The notes: a model not told the origin generated them from the letters alone. A DNA stretch of 64,000 bases from Chloracidobacterium sp. (GCA_016712045.1 JADJRV010000020.1:866-64865); one strand, 5' to 3'; positions 49,902 to 63,275 are shown, counted from the stretch's first letter. Numbers and translations: made by a program.

Positions 49902-50421
49902 CAAACACCTCCTGCGGGGCAAGGCTTTCCATAAAACTTCTGGTTTCCGCGTAATCGTATTTTTCGTCCTTTGACTCGATGATAAGGAAAAACTTTTCTC
50001 GCGTAGCGAGAGCAAATCTCGGAACGTTAAAGACCGGATGATACGGAGCCGGCAGGCCGTTTAGAAACAACATGCCAAAAACTGCAACAAACGCCGAGAA
50101 AAGGATCGTCAATTCATACGCCGGCGGAATGAATGCCGGCAAACTGAAATGTGGGCGTCCGCCAACGATGATCGGCCAGTCAAACACATGGACAAAATAT
50201 TGCAGGCCGATACCGGACAACAGCCCGGTGATGCCGCCGCAAAATATCAGGTACGGCAGTATGCTCCGCTTGATGCCCAGCGCCTCATCGATCTCGTGCA
50301 GCGGAAACGGCGAAAAAGCGTCCGTTTTCGTATAGCCCGCATCACGGACCTTACGCGCCGCATCGACCAGATCCGAAGGCGTATCAAACTCAGCCATTAT
50401 CCCGTGAAGTTTGCTTTCCAT
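49888..50421 (-). CDS. actD: alternative complex III subunit ActD
   Basis: 177 aa with an N-terminal soluble domain (GIMAEFDTPSDLVDAARKVRDAGY) and two TM helices. Confidence 0.85.
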   Translation of the reverse strand: MESKLHGIMAEFDTPSDLVDAARKVRDAGYTKTDAFSPFPLHEIDEALGIKRSILPYLIFCGGITGLLSGIGLQYFVHVFDWPIIVGGRPHFSLPAFIPPAYELTILFSAFVAVFGMLFLNGLPAPYHPVFNVPRFALATREKFFLIIESKDEKYDYAETRSFMESLAPQEVFDVEE

Positions 50422-50441
50422 AACTATCTAAAGTTCACTGC

Positions 50442-51890
50442 CTACTCGTTTGGCGGATCGGTCCGGTCGTATGTATATTCGACCTCGTTCACGTTCTCCT
50501 CAAAATCTTGTTGATGCCCGTGAACATTAGCTTCGGGCAGCAGCGTTCTGACCTCAAATATCGAGATGATCGGCACAAATCTGACGAACAGGTAAATCAG
50601 CGTAAAGAAAAATCCGATCGTACCGATAAACATCGTCCAGTCCCACACACGCGGACTGTACATCGCCCAGCTCGACGGCAAAAAGTCGCGGTGCAGACTC
50701 GTCACAATAATAACGAACCGCTCCAGCCACATACCGACGCTGACGATGATCGAGATGACAAATAGCCAAAATTCGCTTTCCCTAAACCGTTTGAACCACA
50801 AAAACTGGATCGAGATGCCGTTACAAAAGATCAGCATCCAGTACGACCACCAATACGGCCCTTCCCAAATGCGGTTCTTGACCATGAACAGCTCATATTG
50901 TGCTCCGCTGTACCAGCCAAAAAAGGCTTCCATCGCGTAGCCATAGACCACGATCAGCCCGGTCGCGAGCATGACCTTTGCCATATAGACAAGGTGCTGA
51001 TGGGTAATAAAATCCTGCATCCGGTACCACTTTCGCAGAGGGATACAAAGAATAAGCACCATCGCAAAACCGGCGAACACGGCCCCCGCAACAAAGTAAG
51101 GCGGGAAAATGGTCGCGTGCCATCCCGGAACCTGTGACACCGAGAAGTCGAATGACACGATCGAGTGGACCGAAAGCACGAGCGGCGTCGAAAGCCCCGC
51201 CAGGATCAAATATGTGATCTCATAACGGTGCCAGTGACGAGCCGAACCACGCCAGCCCCACGAAAGAGCGGCATAGACAAACTTGAAATATTTATTCTTA
51301 GCCCGGTCGCGAAGCGTCGCGAGATCGGGAATTAGTCCGACGTACCAAAACAGCGCCGAGACGGTCGCGTAAGTCGAGACGGCAAAAACGTCCCAGATCA
51401 AAGGGCTGCGGAAATTGGGCCAGATGCCCATTGTATTTGGATACGGGAACAGCCAGTATGCCGCAAGCCAAGGACGCCCTGTATGCAGCAGCGGAAACAT
51501 CGCCGCGCAGGCAACGGCAAACAGCGTCATTGCTTCGGCAAAACGGTTGATCGACGTTCTCCACTTTTGATTCATCAAAAGCAGAATAGCCGAGATCAGC
51601 GTTCCGGCGTGGCCAATACCGATCCACCAAACAAAGTTGATAATGTCGAATGCCCAACCGACCGGCTGGTTGTTTCCCCAGACGCCGATACCGTTCGCGA
51701 GCAGCCACATTACCGAAAACAGGAGCAGCTGAGCGACCATGAAGGCGAGCCCAAACCCGATGAACCAGTGAAACGGCGTTCGCTTTTTGAGCGTGACGTC
51801 ACTGATCTTGTCGGTCACACTTGCGAACGTGTGATCGCCCTCGAGCATTGCGGGGTGCAGTTTCTTTTGAAGTTCTTTATCGTCCTTCAT
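50442..51890 (-). CDS. actC: alternative complex III subunit ActC (NrfD/PsrC-like quinol-interacting membrane subunit)
   Basis: 482 aa polytopic NrfD-like protein following actB. Confidence 0.9.
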   Translation of the reverse strand: MKDDKELQKKLHPAMLEGDHTFASVTDKISDVTLKKRTPFHWFIGFGLAFMVAQLLLFSVMWLLANGIGVWGNNQPVGWAFDIINFVWWIGIGHAGTLISAILLLMNQKWRTSINRFAEAMTLFAVACAAMFPLLHTGRPWLAAYWLFPYPNTMGIWPNFRSPLIWDVFAVSTYATVSALFWYVGLIPDLATLRDRAKNKYFKFVYAALSWGWRGSARHWHRYEITYLILAGLSTPLVLSVHSIVSFDFSVSQVPGWHATIFPPYFVAGAVFAGFAMVLILCIPLRKWYRMQDFITHQHLVYMAKVMLATGLIVVYGYAMEAFFGWYSGAQYELFMVKNRIWEGPYWWSYWMLIFCNGISIQFLWFKRFRESEFWLFVISIIVSVGMWLERFVIIVTSLHRDFLPSSWAMYSPRVWDWTMFIGTIGFFFTLIYLFVRFVPIISIFEVRTLLPEANVHGHQQDFEENVNEVEYTYDRTDPPNE

Positions 51891-51912
51891 AAATCTTAAA
51901 GGCTAAAATTGC

Positions 51913-55341
<3,429 letters not shown>

Positions 55342-55360
55342 CTCTTCTGTGTTTCGGTTC

Positions 55361-56020
55361 TTACCTGTGGCAGGTCGAACAGCTCGTCATCATTTCTTTG
55401 CTGCGGATCTTAAGATCGTCTTTTAACTGTTTACGCTCTTTTTCATCCAGATCGCCGTCCTGCCAAGCCATATTAAATATCTCTTTCTTGGGACGGATAA
55501 ACTTTTCAGGAGCACGGTGACATGCGATGCACCATTCCATCTGCAGAGTGTTTTCCTGGTAAACGGCCGGCATGTTATCGATCTGTCCGTGGCACGTCGA
55601 ACAGCCTACGCCTTTAGCGACGTGGATGCTGTGATTAAAATATGTATATTCGGGGAGGTCGTGGACGCGTTCCCATTCGATAGGCTTATTATCGCGAAAG
55701 CTTGCACGTACCGGCTCAAGATACGGACTGTCGGCCCAAAGCTGGCTGTGACAGTTCATACAGGTCTGCGTCGAGGGCATACCCGCCGTGGCAGTCGTCT
55801 CGACCGTTTGGTGGCAATAACGACAATCGATCCCATCGTCGCCGACGTGATGCTTATGGCTGAATTGCACCGGCTGCTGTTTTTCGACGTAACGCCCGGT
55901 CAGATACGAGGATCTCGAGAACTGAGTGAACGCAAATCCGCCAACGCCAGCTAGAACAGCGGCCGCGACCATGCTGATCCTCGCGATGTTGTTTGCACTT
56001 TTATTAAAAAATTGCGCCAT
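55361..56020 (-). CDS. actA: alternative complex III subunit ActA (pentaheme cytochrome c)
   Basis: Five CxxCH motifs (CRYCH, CMNCH, CSTCH, CIACH, CSTCH) and an N-terminal TM anchor. Confidence 0.9.
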   Translation of the reverse strand: MAQFFNKSANNIARISMVAAAVLAGVGGFAFTQFSRSSYLTGRYVEKQQPVQFSHKHHVGDDGIDCRYCHQTVETTATAGMPSTQTCMNCHSQLWADSPYLEPVRASFRDNKPIEWERVHDLPEYTYFNHSIHVAKGVGCSTCHGQIDNMPAVYQENTLQMEWCIACHRAPEKFIRPKKEIFNMAWQDGDLDEKERKQLKDDLKIRSKEMMTSCSTCHR

Positions 56021-56077
56021 TGTTTAGTCTATTCGCTGAAGGACGACCAAGAAATTCAGACCTATCCTGCCCGTATG

Positions 56078-56093
56078 CTTTGCCTTGGCAAAG
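56078..56093. promoter_or_regulatory. 16-bp palindrome upstream of actA (candidate operator)
   Basis: CTTTGCC-TT-GGCAAAG, about 60-75 nt upstream of the actA ATG, in an AT-rich 264-nt leader region. Confidence 0.25.
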
Positions 56094-56284
56094 CGTTCGA
56101 GAATGGATCAGATCAACCTGTCTAAATAAAAATTGCGAACCGTAAAACTGCTACTAATATTACAAGAACTTAAAAAATCCGCAAATTGCACAATATAAAA
56201 AAATATCTAAATCTGCAATTAAGAGCAATCACCGTTAAATAAGTTGCCTTAATTAAAAGAATAATATTTCTCTCGTTTTTCTAA

Positions 56285-57241
56285 TTACTTTTCCGCAAGC
56301 AGCGCCGCACCGGTCGCTGCAGCAAATTCTCCCAGCTCGCCCTCGACAATGCTCACCGCCTCAAATGATGGAGCGAACGATAGTTCGCGCGCCCGTTCGA
56401 TGATAGCGTCAAGCACTAAGTTTTTAGCATCCATGATCTCACCGCCGACGACTACCTTTTCCAGATTGAGTAGATTGATGACGCTCGCGACCGCCGTGCC
56501 GACGTAGACGCCCGTGCGTTCGAGCATCATCTGGGCAAAATCATCGTCTTCACGAGCCGCCATGATAATGTTGTCGAGCGTGATCGCCTCTTCGTCCAGC
56601 GAATTTAGCGATGACGTGCTGTCCTGGTGAAAACGTGCCTTGGTCCGCCGTACAATATTCTCAGTCGAAGCAACCTCTTCCAGGCGCATGCCTTCGGAAT
56701 TAATGGGGACAAACCCAAATTCGCCCGCAAATCCTGACGCCCCGCGCCAGATCTCGCCGCCGAGAATAAATGCGCCGCCGACGCCTTCGCCCAGCGTTGC
56801 GTAAAAGAAATTATTGCTGCCGCGTGCGGCCCCCAGGATAAATTCGCCGTAAGCGGCAGAGTTGGCATCGTTTTCGATCGACGCGATCAGCCCCGTCGCA
56901 CTGCTGATCTCTTTTATCAGGTCAAAGTTGGAGTGTTCGGGAATGTGTGCCGAAAATGCGACCCTGTGCGTCCCTTGATCGACAAGCCCCGGTACGGCAA
57001 CACCAAGCCGGTCAAAATCACCAACATCTTTTTTGAGGCCGCCGATGAGCGATTTGACCTGTTGTGCGGTTTCCTCGGCGGGATCAAACGCTATGGAGCG
57101 CGTCGCGGCAAGCTGGCCGTCCTGATCGACGGCGACCGCCCTCAGCTCATTTGTGCGGATCTCAACGCCGACCCTGATCATTCCGGTATTGCTCATATTA
57201 GAAAGGCTCGATTTTTCAGTATCTACCGCGATTTTAGACAC
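56285..57241 (-). CDS. ROK family protein (sugar kinase or regulator)
   Basis: DNDANSAAYGE and GEGVGGAFILGGEIWRGASGFAGEFG motifs. Confidence 0.85.
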   Translation of the reverse strand: MSKIAVDTEKSSLSNMSNTGMIRVGVEIRTNELRAVAVDQDGQLAATRSIAFDPAEETAQQVKSLIGGLKKDVGDFDRLGVAVPGLVDQGTHRVAFSAHIPEHSNFDLIKEISSATGLIASIENDANSAAYGEFILGAARGSNNFFYATLGEGVGGAFILGGEIWRGASGFAGEFGFVPINSEGMRLEEVASTENIVRRTKARFHQDSTSSLNSLDEEAITLDNIIMAAREDDDFAQMMLERTGVYVGTAVASVINLLNLEKVVVGGEIMDAKNLVLDAIIERARELSFAPSFEAVSIVEGELGEFAAATGAALLAEK

Positions 57242-57262
57242 TCACCTTGTCAGTGTCAAACA

Positions 57263-58450
57263 CTACGCTCGACCCGCCGCAAGCCGCGTCGCCCGTGCAA
57301 TACGGCGACTAAGCCCGCCGCTTGTGCTTAGAACTGAGATCGTTGCATCAGCCAAAAATGGCATAGACGCGGCGTGCCGCAGCATACGGCAAACCCTCAG
57401 CCGTGCATCGAACGCAGACGAATATTGACGTCGGTATTCAACCGCCAAACTCTCCAGATCGCGATCCGCCGCAAAGCTCTCGGCGATAGCGGTGGCAGCG
57501 ATCCTCGCACTCTCCAGCGAAAGTAATATGCCGCTGCCGGTAAAAGGATCGATAAACGCCGCTGAGTCTCCAACGGTCAGTAACCCCTGTGCGGGAACAA
57601 GCTCACCGCGTCCGTATCGTTCTATCGGCACGGCCAGCCAATCACTCTCGACTGTGACATTCTGGAGAACTGCGGCCGCTCTTTTATTTGTACAAACGAC
57701 CTCACGCATTACCCGTTCGGCATCACTTGTACACCGTTTCACATCCTCAGCATCAGCAATAAAGCAAAGATTAAAAAGGCCATTCTCGATGCGGTTACAT
57801 CCGCCATAACCGCCGCGATAGGCAAATATTTCACAAACGCCCGGTGCGATCTCGGCTCCCACAAGGTGGGCTTTGAATGCAACATGCCCGGCTCGTTTAT
57901 GCTGTCCGGCATCTTTTTCGAGACGGCGGGCGAGTGAACGGGTCCGGCCGGTCGCATCGATAATCAAATTTGCGGTGATGGGCGTTTCAAGGCCCTCCTT
58001 GTCCTTTAGACGAACACCGATAACGCGGTCATCGTCAAATATCAGCCCGGCAGCGGTTGTCTCTTCGCGGACGGCGACGCCTACTTCCGATGCCCGTTTG
58101 AGCAAAACATCATCCATCTCGGCTCGGCTGAGCCCTAACGCGTGTGACCCGACCTGGCCGAACCACTCACTTTTGACCGCCACACCTTTTCCGTTACGGG
58201 AATAAAATATCGTCTCGGCGATTTCGACGCCGCCCGCAAGTTTTATATCACAGGACACTCCAAGCTCGGCAAAATGCTCGAGACATTCGGGCGAGATAAA
58301 TTCTCCGCAAAGTTTCTGACGCGGAAACCGTGCCTTTTCAACCAGCATCACGTCGAGTCCCGCTCCAGCCAGCCGGATAGCGGTTGCCGACCCTGCCGGG
58401 CCTCCGCCAACGACAACAACGTCATAATCTGTTTTTGCACTTGGTGTCAT
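57263..58450 (-). CDS. FAD-dependent oxidoreductase (geranylgeranyl-reductase-like family)
   Basis: DVVVVGGGPAGSATAIRLAGAG dinucleotide fold, CGEFISP, GDSAAFIDPFTGSG. Confidence 0.85.
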   Translation of the reverse strand: MTPSAKTDYDVVVVGGGPAGSATAIRLAGAGLDVMLVEKARFPRQKLCGEFISPECLEHFAELGVSCDIKLAGGVEIAETIFYSRNGKGVAVKSEWFGQVGSHALGLSRAEMDDVLLKRASEVGVAVREETTAAGLIFDDDRVIGVRLKDKEGLETPITANLIIDATGRTRSLARRLEKDAGQHKRAGHVAFKAHLVGAEIAPGVCEIFAYRGGYGGCNRIENGLFNLCFIADAEDVKRCTSDAERVMREVVCTNKRAAAVLQNVTVESDWLAVPIERYGRGELVPAQGLLTVGDSAAFIDPFTGSGILLSLESARIAATAIAESFAADRDLESLAVEYRRQYSSAFDARLRVCRMLRHAASMPFLADATISVLSTSGGLSRRIARATRLAAGRA

Positions 58451-59136
58451 GAGATTTTCCGTCCTGACAATATCAGCCGATTAACCATCGAACGATTGAC
58501 CCTCACGTCGGCCAAACCCGCGGAATTTGCGATCTCGACCATTTCCTCCGGCCTGAAGCTGCGCAGTATCGAAAGTGCTCCGTCTTCAAGCGTGAATCGC
58601 TGTAAGAAAACTCTGCCGAAAGCTTTGTAAAGATAATACGCGGTCGGGTGGCGGTTTAGATCGATGGCGTAAATTCGCTTTCGAGCTACGCGGCTCATCT
58701 CTTTTAGCAAGCTTGCCGCGTCCTCATCGCCTAGATGATGCAGAAAAAGCGAGCAGAACACATAGTCAAAACTGTCATCGGCAAACGGCAGTCGCAGAGC
58801 ATCGCACTGGATCGCAGCAAGTGTGTCGCTCTTGATCGTGCGAGTCGCTTCGGAGTTTAGCTCTGCCCCGACAAAAAGGGTCTTGCGGCCCGCTGTCCAT
58901 TTCGCCAGTTCCCGCAGCAATTCACCAGAACCGGCGCCGACATCTAGAACCGATACGGACACATCACCGGCGGCCTCAATATAGCGAAAAAGCGTCCGTC
59001 GCAGAGCCCGCAGCTCGCCAAATATACGGTGTATGAACCACATCTCCCGCTGCCAGCGGCGATACTCGGCGGGCGTGTATTCGCCCGTATCGAGTCGCTC
59101 AAGCTTGTGGCTGCGTGTGGCAAATCGCTCGAACAT
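58447..59136 (-). CDS. class I SAM-dependent methyltransferase
   Basis: VLDVGAGSGELL motif I. ATG 59136 lies 4 nt after the KAS stop (the ORF-track start at 59184 is a TTG). Its stop overlaps the next start (ATGA). Confidence 0.85.
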   Translation of the reverse strand: MFERFATRSHKLERLDTGEYTPAEYRRWQREMWFIHRIFGELRALRRTLFRYIEAAGDVSVSVLDVGAGSGELLRELAKWTAGRKTLFVGAELNSEATRTIKSDTLAAIQCDALRLPFADDSFDYVFCSLFLHHLGDEDAASLLKEMSRVARKRIYAIDLNRHPTAYYLYKAFGRVFLQRFTLEDGALSILRSFRPEEMVEIANSAGLADVRVNRSMVNRLILSGRKIS

Positions 59137-59140
59137 ACAG

Positions 59141-60409
59141 TTACGCGTATTTCTGTAAAACGATCGCGCTGTTCTTTGAGCCAAACCCGATGCAGTTGCA
59201 CAAAGCCGTGTTCACCTCGTCCTTTCTCGCGACATTTGGCACGTAATCGAGGTCGCATTCCGGGTCGGGCCTGTCAAGGTTTATTGTCGGCGGAATAACG
59301 CCGGTCGTCATCGCACACAGAGCCGCGGCGATACCGGCGGCACCGCTTGCCCCTTGCGGATGGCCGAGCTGTGATTTGGTCGCGGACATCGGGATGTTGT
59401 AAGCGTGGTCGCCTAACGCGATCTTGACGGCTGTGGTCTCGATGCGGTCATTCAATACAGTCGAAGTTCCGTGGAGATTAACGTAATCGATGTCGGCTGC
59501 AGCTATGCCGGCATCTTCAAGAGCGATGGACATGGCTCTTGCCGGCTCGATACCGGAATCGTCAAGCCTCACACGATGGTATGCATCACAAGTCGAACCG
59601 TAGCCGCTGATCTCAGCGTAGATCTTTGCTCCGCGTTCCAACGCGCTGTCGAGACTCTCAAGGACAAAAATATACGAGCCCTCGGCGACGACGATGCCTG
59701 AGCGGTCCTTATCAAACGGACGCGATGCCCGATGCGGCTCGTCGTTCCAGTCGTTTGTGAGAACCGTCATCAAATTAAATCCCGCGAGTATACCCGGTGC
59801 CAGCGGAGCATCGACACCCCCCGCGATCATAACGTCCTGACGGCCAAGAGCTATATGCTGCGCCGCATAAAAGATCGCGTCAGTCGAGCTCGTACAGCCG
59901 GTCGAAACGACATGCGACAGCCCTCGCAACCCCAACGCCATCGATATTTCCGAAGAAAGCCCACCATGAGTCGAGGCGGGAATGATGTAGACGCTGGCGT
60001 GTGTTTTGGGGCCGACGTACCAGTATTCGTAATGTTTTTCGGCAAATGCGAGTCCGCCGCCGCCCGTACCGATCTCGACACCGATCGTCCGGCGCTTTTC
60101 AATGGGCATGTCGGTGGTATCGACCCCCGCGTCGGCTATCGCCTCGCGGGCGGCTGCGAGCGCAAGCGGCACGGTTCGTGGAACGTGCTTGCGATCTTTG
60201 ATATTTAGCTCAGCCTGCCAGTCAAAATCTTGTACCTCACCCGCGATCTTGACGGCTGAACTGTCAGTGTCGAACGACTCGATCCGCCGCACGCCGCTTG
60301 CCCCGGTCGCAAGTCCCTTCCAAAACGCTTCGCGTCCTGTGCCGATCGGCGTGACGCAACCGAGTCCTGTTATAACGACACGGCGTGGCCTTACAAAATT
60401 TCTCAGCAT
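59141..60409 (-). CDS. beta-ketoacyl-ACP synthase II-like condensing enzyme
   Basis: RRVVITGLGCVTPIG, active-site Cys in VSTGCTSS, His residues in CDAYH and NLHGTST, C-terminal FGFGSKN-like end. An alternative start lies at 60445. Confidence 0.9.
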   Translation of the reverse strand: MLRNFVRPRRVVITGLGCVTPIGTGREAFWKGLATGASGVRRIESFDTDSSAVKIAGEVQDFDWQAELNIKDRKHVPRTVPLALAAAREAIADAGVDTTDMPIEKRRTIGVEIGTGGGGLAFAEKHYEYWYVGPKTHASVYIIPASTHGGLSSEISMALGLRGLSHVVSTGCTSSTDAIFYAAQHIALGRQDVMIAGGVDAPLAPGILAGFNLMTVLTNDWNDEPHRASRPFDKDRSGIVVAEGSYIFVLESLDSALERGAKIYAEISGYGSTCDAYHRVRLDDSGIEPARAMSIALEDAGIAAADIDYVNLHGTSTVLNDRIETTAVKIALGDHAYNIPMSATKSQLGHPQGASGAAGIAAALCAMTTGVIPPTINLDRPDPECDLDYVPNVARKDEVNTALCNCIGFGSKNSAIVLQKYA

Positions 60410-60541
60410 TTTGATATTCCCCTTGTTAGCCTGTGTTTTGAGCATAACATCGAAACCTCGTTAATTGACTGTATCCGCCATGAAAGTTACTCTTTTGTGT
60501 GCAGTCCGCCAGTCGGCCCGGCATTATTTCGCCTCTGTAAT

Positions 60542-61303
60542 ATGGATCATCAACTTTACGATCTGATAGCTCAGTATGGTATTTACGCAGTTTTTGCGTT
60601 GTGCACGGTCGAAGGCGATATTACCCTGCTAATCTCAGGCACAATGGCTCACGGAGGGTTGTTTGGAAACTGGGGGTTTTTCAAACTCTTGATCGCAGGT
60701 ACATTGGGCGGGATCGTTGGTGATTGTGCCGGTTACGGCATCGGCCGAATATTTCACCAAAACGCTAAGGACTATCGCTTTTACCAGGTTGCTCAACCGC
60801 GAGTCGAGAAGATAATTGAGAAATTTGGCGGGTCCGCCATGATCATCTCAAAATATATTTACGGCATCCGCGTCGCGATGTGTGTGTTTTACGGCGTCGG
60901 GAAAATGCCCTTTTTGAGGTTTCTCTGGCTCAGCTCGATAAGCTGCTTTTTGTGGGTGCTGTTTCTTTCGGGTATCGGATATTTCTTTAGCGGTGCGATC
61001 ACTTCGATGATCGGCGACTTTAAACAGGTCGGGTTTGTGCTGTTCTTTGTCGTAATGATCGGCATTATCGTTTTTTACGTGATAGAACGATACTGGCTGT
61101 CCGAACGCGTCGAAGCCGCCAACCCCGAAACGATCCATAAGATCGAAGAAAAACTACAGGCCGTAGAAGACATCGGAAAGATAACCCTCCACGACCTCGG
61201 CGAACGTCTCCATCTTACCCGCGAACCGAATCGAGGGGAAGTGGAGGAGAAGGGGAATAAAGGAGTGGAGGAGAAAGAACAGCCACCGCCCACTGACTAC
61301 TGA
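60542..61303 (+). CDS. DedA family membrane protein with a charged C-terminal extension
   Basis: GIYAVFALCTVEGDITLLISG, with the DedA/SNARE-associated pattern. Confidence 0.85.
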   Translation: MDHQLYDLIAQYGIYAVFALCTVEGDITLLISGTMAHGGLFGNWGFFKLLIAGTLGGIVGDCAGYGIGRIFHQNAKDYRFYQVAQPRVEKIIEKFGGSAMIISKYIYGIRVAMCVFYGVGKMPFLRFLWLSSISCFLWVLFLSGIGYFFSGAITSMIGDFKQVGFVLFFVVMIGIIVFYVIERYWLSERVEAANPETIHKIEEKLQAVEDIGKITLHDLGERLHLTREPNRGEVEEKGNKGVEEKEQPPPTDY

Positions 61304-61320
61304 CTACTGACTACTGACAA
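61293..61320 (+). repeat. CTGACTA heptamer array spanning the DedA stop and ending 6 nt before the next ATG
   Basis: CTGACTA CTGACTA CTGACTA CTGACAA CCGAAC ATG. Confidence 0.8.
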
Positions 61321-61326
61321 CCGAAC

Positions 61327-62337
61327 ATGATAATCGAATCATCCGCCCCGACACGCGTCGATCTGGCCGGCGGCACAATTGATATTCCGCCTTTGTTCCT
61401 TTTTCACGAAGGGGCCGCGACCGTTAACTTTGCAGTTTCGATGCTGGCACACTGCCGAATTGAGACACGTGACGACGACCGCATTATTCTCGAATCGATC
61501 GACCAGAAACAGCGTTTCGAAACAACCGTCGCTGAGATCGCGAGCCTGAAGGACGAGCCGCGTCTCGAATTGCTGTCAAAGCTCGTATATTTCTTCAAAC
61601 CGAATCAAGGCTTTCACATGACGACCGAATCCGAAGCTCCCGCAGGTGCCGGACTTGCAGGTTCGTCAACGCTCAATATTGCCTGCATCGGGGCATTGAA
61701 CAAACTCGTCGGCGACCGCTACACGCCCGACCGATTTATCCCGATCGCGGCGGCCGTTGAATGCCAGGTCATCAAAGTCCCGACCGGTTATCAGGATTAT
61801 TATTCGGCGCAGTACGGCGGCGTTGCCTGTATCCATTTCAGCCCGGCGGGCATGGAACGCGAGGCTCTCGACATCGACGTCGCCACGCTCGAACGCCGCA
61901 TCGCCGTCTGTTACACCGGCGAGCCGCGCAACTCCGGCACGAACAACTGGGAGCTAACAAAACGTCACATCGACGGCGACAAAGAGCTTTTCGATCTGTT
62001 TGACGGCATCCGCGACACGTCGCTCAATATGCGTACCGCTCTCCTCGCAAATGATTGGAACGCCGTCGGCGAGATCCTTGTAAAAGCCCAACCTCAGCGA
62101 AAACAGCTCTCGCCAAATATCACCACTCCGCAAATGGACCACCTCATCGACACAGCAATTGCTAACGGCGCCATCGCCGCCAAAGTCTGCGGTGCCGGCG
62201 GCGGCGGATGCATCGCGTTTTATTGCGAAGACGGACGCCGCAGCGAGGTCGAAGCCGCCGTTGCTGCTCAGGACGGTGCTCAGATCCTGGATTGGAAGCT
62301 AAATACCGACGGTCTGACGATTATCCTCACCGCATAA
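61327..62337 (+). CDS. GHMP family sugar kinase
   Basis: APTRVDLAGGTIDIPP and the PAGAGLAGSSTL GHMP motif, with a C-terminal KVCGAGGGG. Confidence 0.85.
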   Translation: MIIESSAPTRVDLAGGTIDIPPLFLFHEGAATVNFAVSMLAHCRIETRDDDRIILESIDQKQRFETTVAEIASLKDEPRLELLSKLVYFFKPNQGFHMTTESEAPAGAGLAGSSTLNIACIGALNKLVGDRYTPDRFIPIAAAVECQVIKVPTGYQDYYSAQYGGVACIHFSPAGMEREALDIDVATLERRIAVCYTGEPRNSGTNNWELTKRHIDGDKELFDLFDGIRDTSLNMRTALLANDWNAVGEILVKAQPQRKQLSPNITTPQMDHLIDTAIANGAIAAKVCGAGGGGCIAFYCEDGRRSEVEAAVAAQDGAQILDWKLNTDGLTIILTA

Positions 62338-62360
62338 ACAACTTATTTGTCACGAAAAAC

Positions 62361-62419
62361 GCCTCCATGGTGTTTTGGTTATAGAAAAGACATTTTCTTA
62401 ACCAAAATATTCTGGAGGC
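62361..62419 (+). promoter_or_regulatory. nested hairpin that pairs the Shine-Dalgarno sequence of the downstream gene
   Basis: GCCTCCA (62361-62367) pairs with TGGAGGC (62413-62419, containing GGAGG). The inner stem is TTGGTTA / TAACCAA. ATG at 62430. Confidence 0.35.
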
Positions 62420-62429
62420 TTTCTATATC

Positions 62430-63275
62430 ATGAAAACTAAATTCCGCGATCTACCGCATTTTACCGTCGCTTTATTGACGCTCATCCTCGGCATCGGTGC
62501 AGTTTCCGCATTCGGCAACACTGCCAAAGGCTTTTGTGACAACGACAACTGGTCAAACGGCGACAACGTCACGTTCAAAGAACTTCGCGAAATGACCGCT
62601 CCTGCGGGCGGCACGATCACTGTTGACGGCCGGCAGAATGGCGGCATCAGCGTGCGCGGCGAAAATCGCTCGGACGTGCTTATTCGTGCTTGTGTTCAGA
62701 CGTGGGGCAAAAGCGATGATGCCGCTAAGAGCATCGCGGGCGATATTAAGATCAACACGTCAGGCACGATCCAAGCCGAGAACTCATCCGGTGACAAAGG
62801 CTGGTCGGTGTCGTACGAGATCAGCGTGCCGCGTGCGTCAAATGTTGATCTGACGGCTCATAACGGCGGTCTGTCGGTAAAAGGCGTTGACGGGTCGATC
62901 AACTTTGAGACGCAGAACGGAGGGGTCAATCTCGACGGCGTCGCCGGAACGGTCAAAGGCCGCACGACCAACGGCGGCATTAACGTGCGTCTTGTGGGAT
63001 CGTCGTGGAAAGGAACGGGCCTAGATGTCCAGACAACGAACGGCGGTGTTAATATCAGCGTCCCCGAAAACTTTGCCGCCCGTATCGATGCCGGCACGAC
63101 AAACGGCGGATTCACGAGCAACATTGTCGGCCTTCAGCCTGAAAAGAGCGACGACAACAAGTATTACCAACGCAAGACTCGCGTCAATACCGACCTCAAC
63201 GGCGGTGGCCCGCTGGTCCGCATTATGACCACCAACGGCGGCGTCCGCATCAACACGATCTCTGATAAAGATTAG
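62430..63275 (+). CDS. DUF4097-like beta-strand repeat protein (putative adhesin)
   Basis: Signal peptide, then repeated TNGG(I/V)N... units (TQNGGVNL, TTNGGINV, TTNGGVNI, TTNGGFTS, TTNGGVRI). Confidence 0.8.
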   Translation: MKTKFRDLPHFTVALLTLILGIGAVSAFGNTAKGFCDNDNWSNGDNVTFKELREMTAPAGGTITVDGRQNGGISVRGENRSDVLIRACVQTWGKSDDAAKSIAGDIKINTSGTIQAENSSGDKGWSVSYEISVPRASNVDLTAHNGGLSVKGVDGSINFETQNGGVNLDGVAGTVKGRTTNGGINVRLVGSSWKGTGLDVQTTNGGVNISVPENFAARIDAGTTNGGFTSNIVGLQPEKSDDNKYYQRKTRVNTDLNGGGPLVRIMTTNGGVRINTISDKD

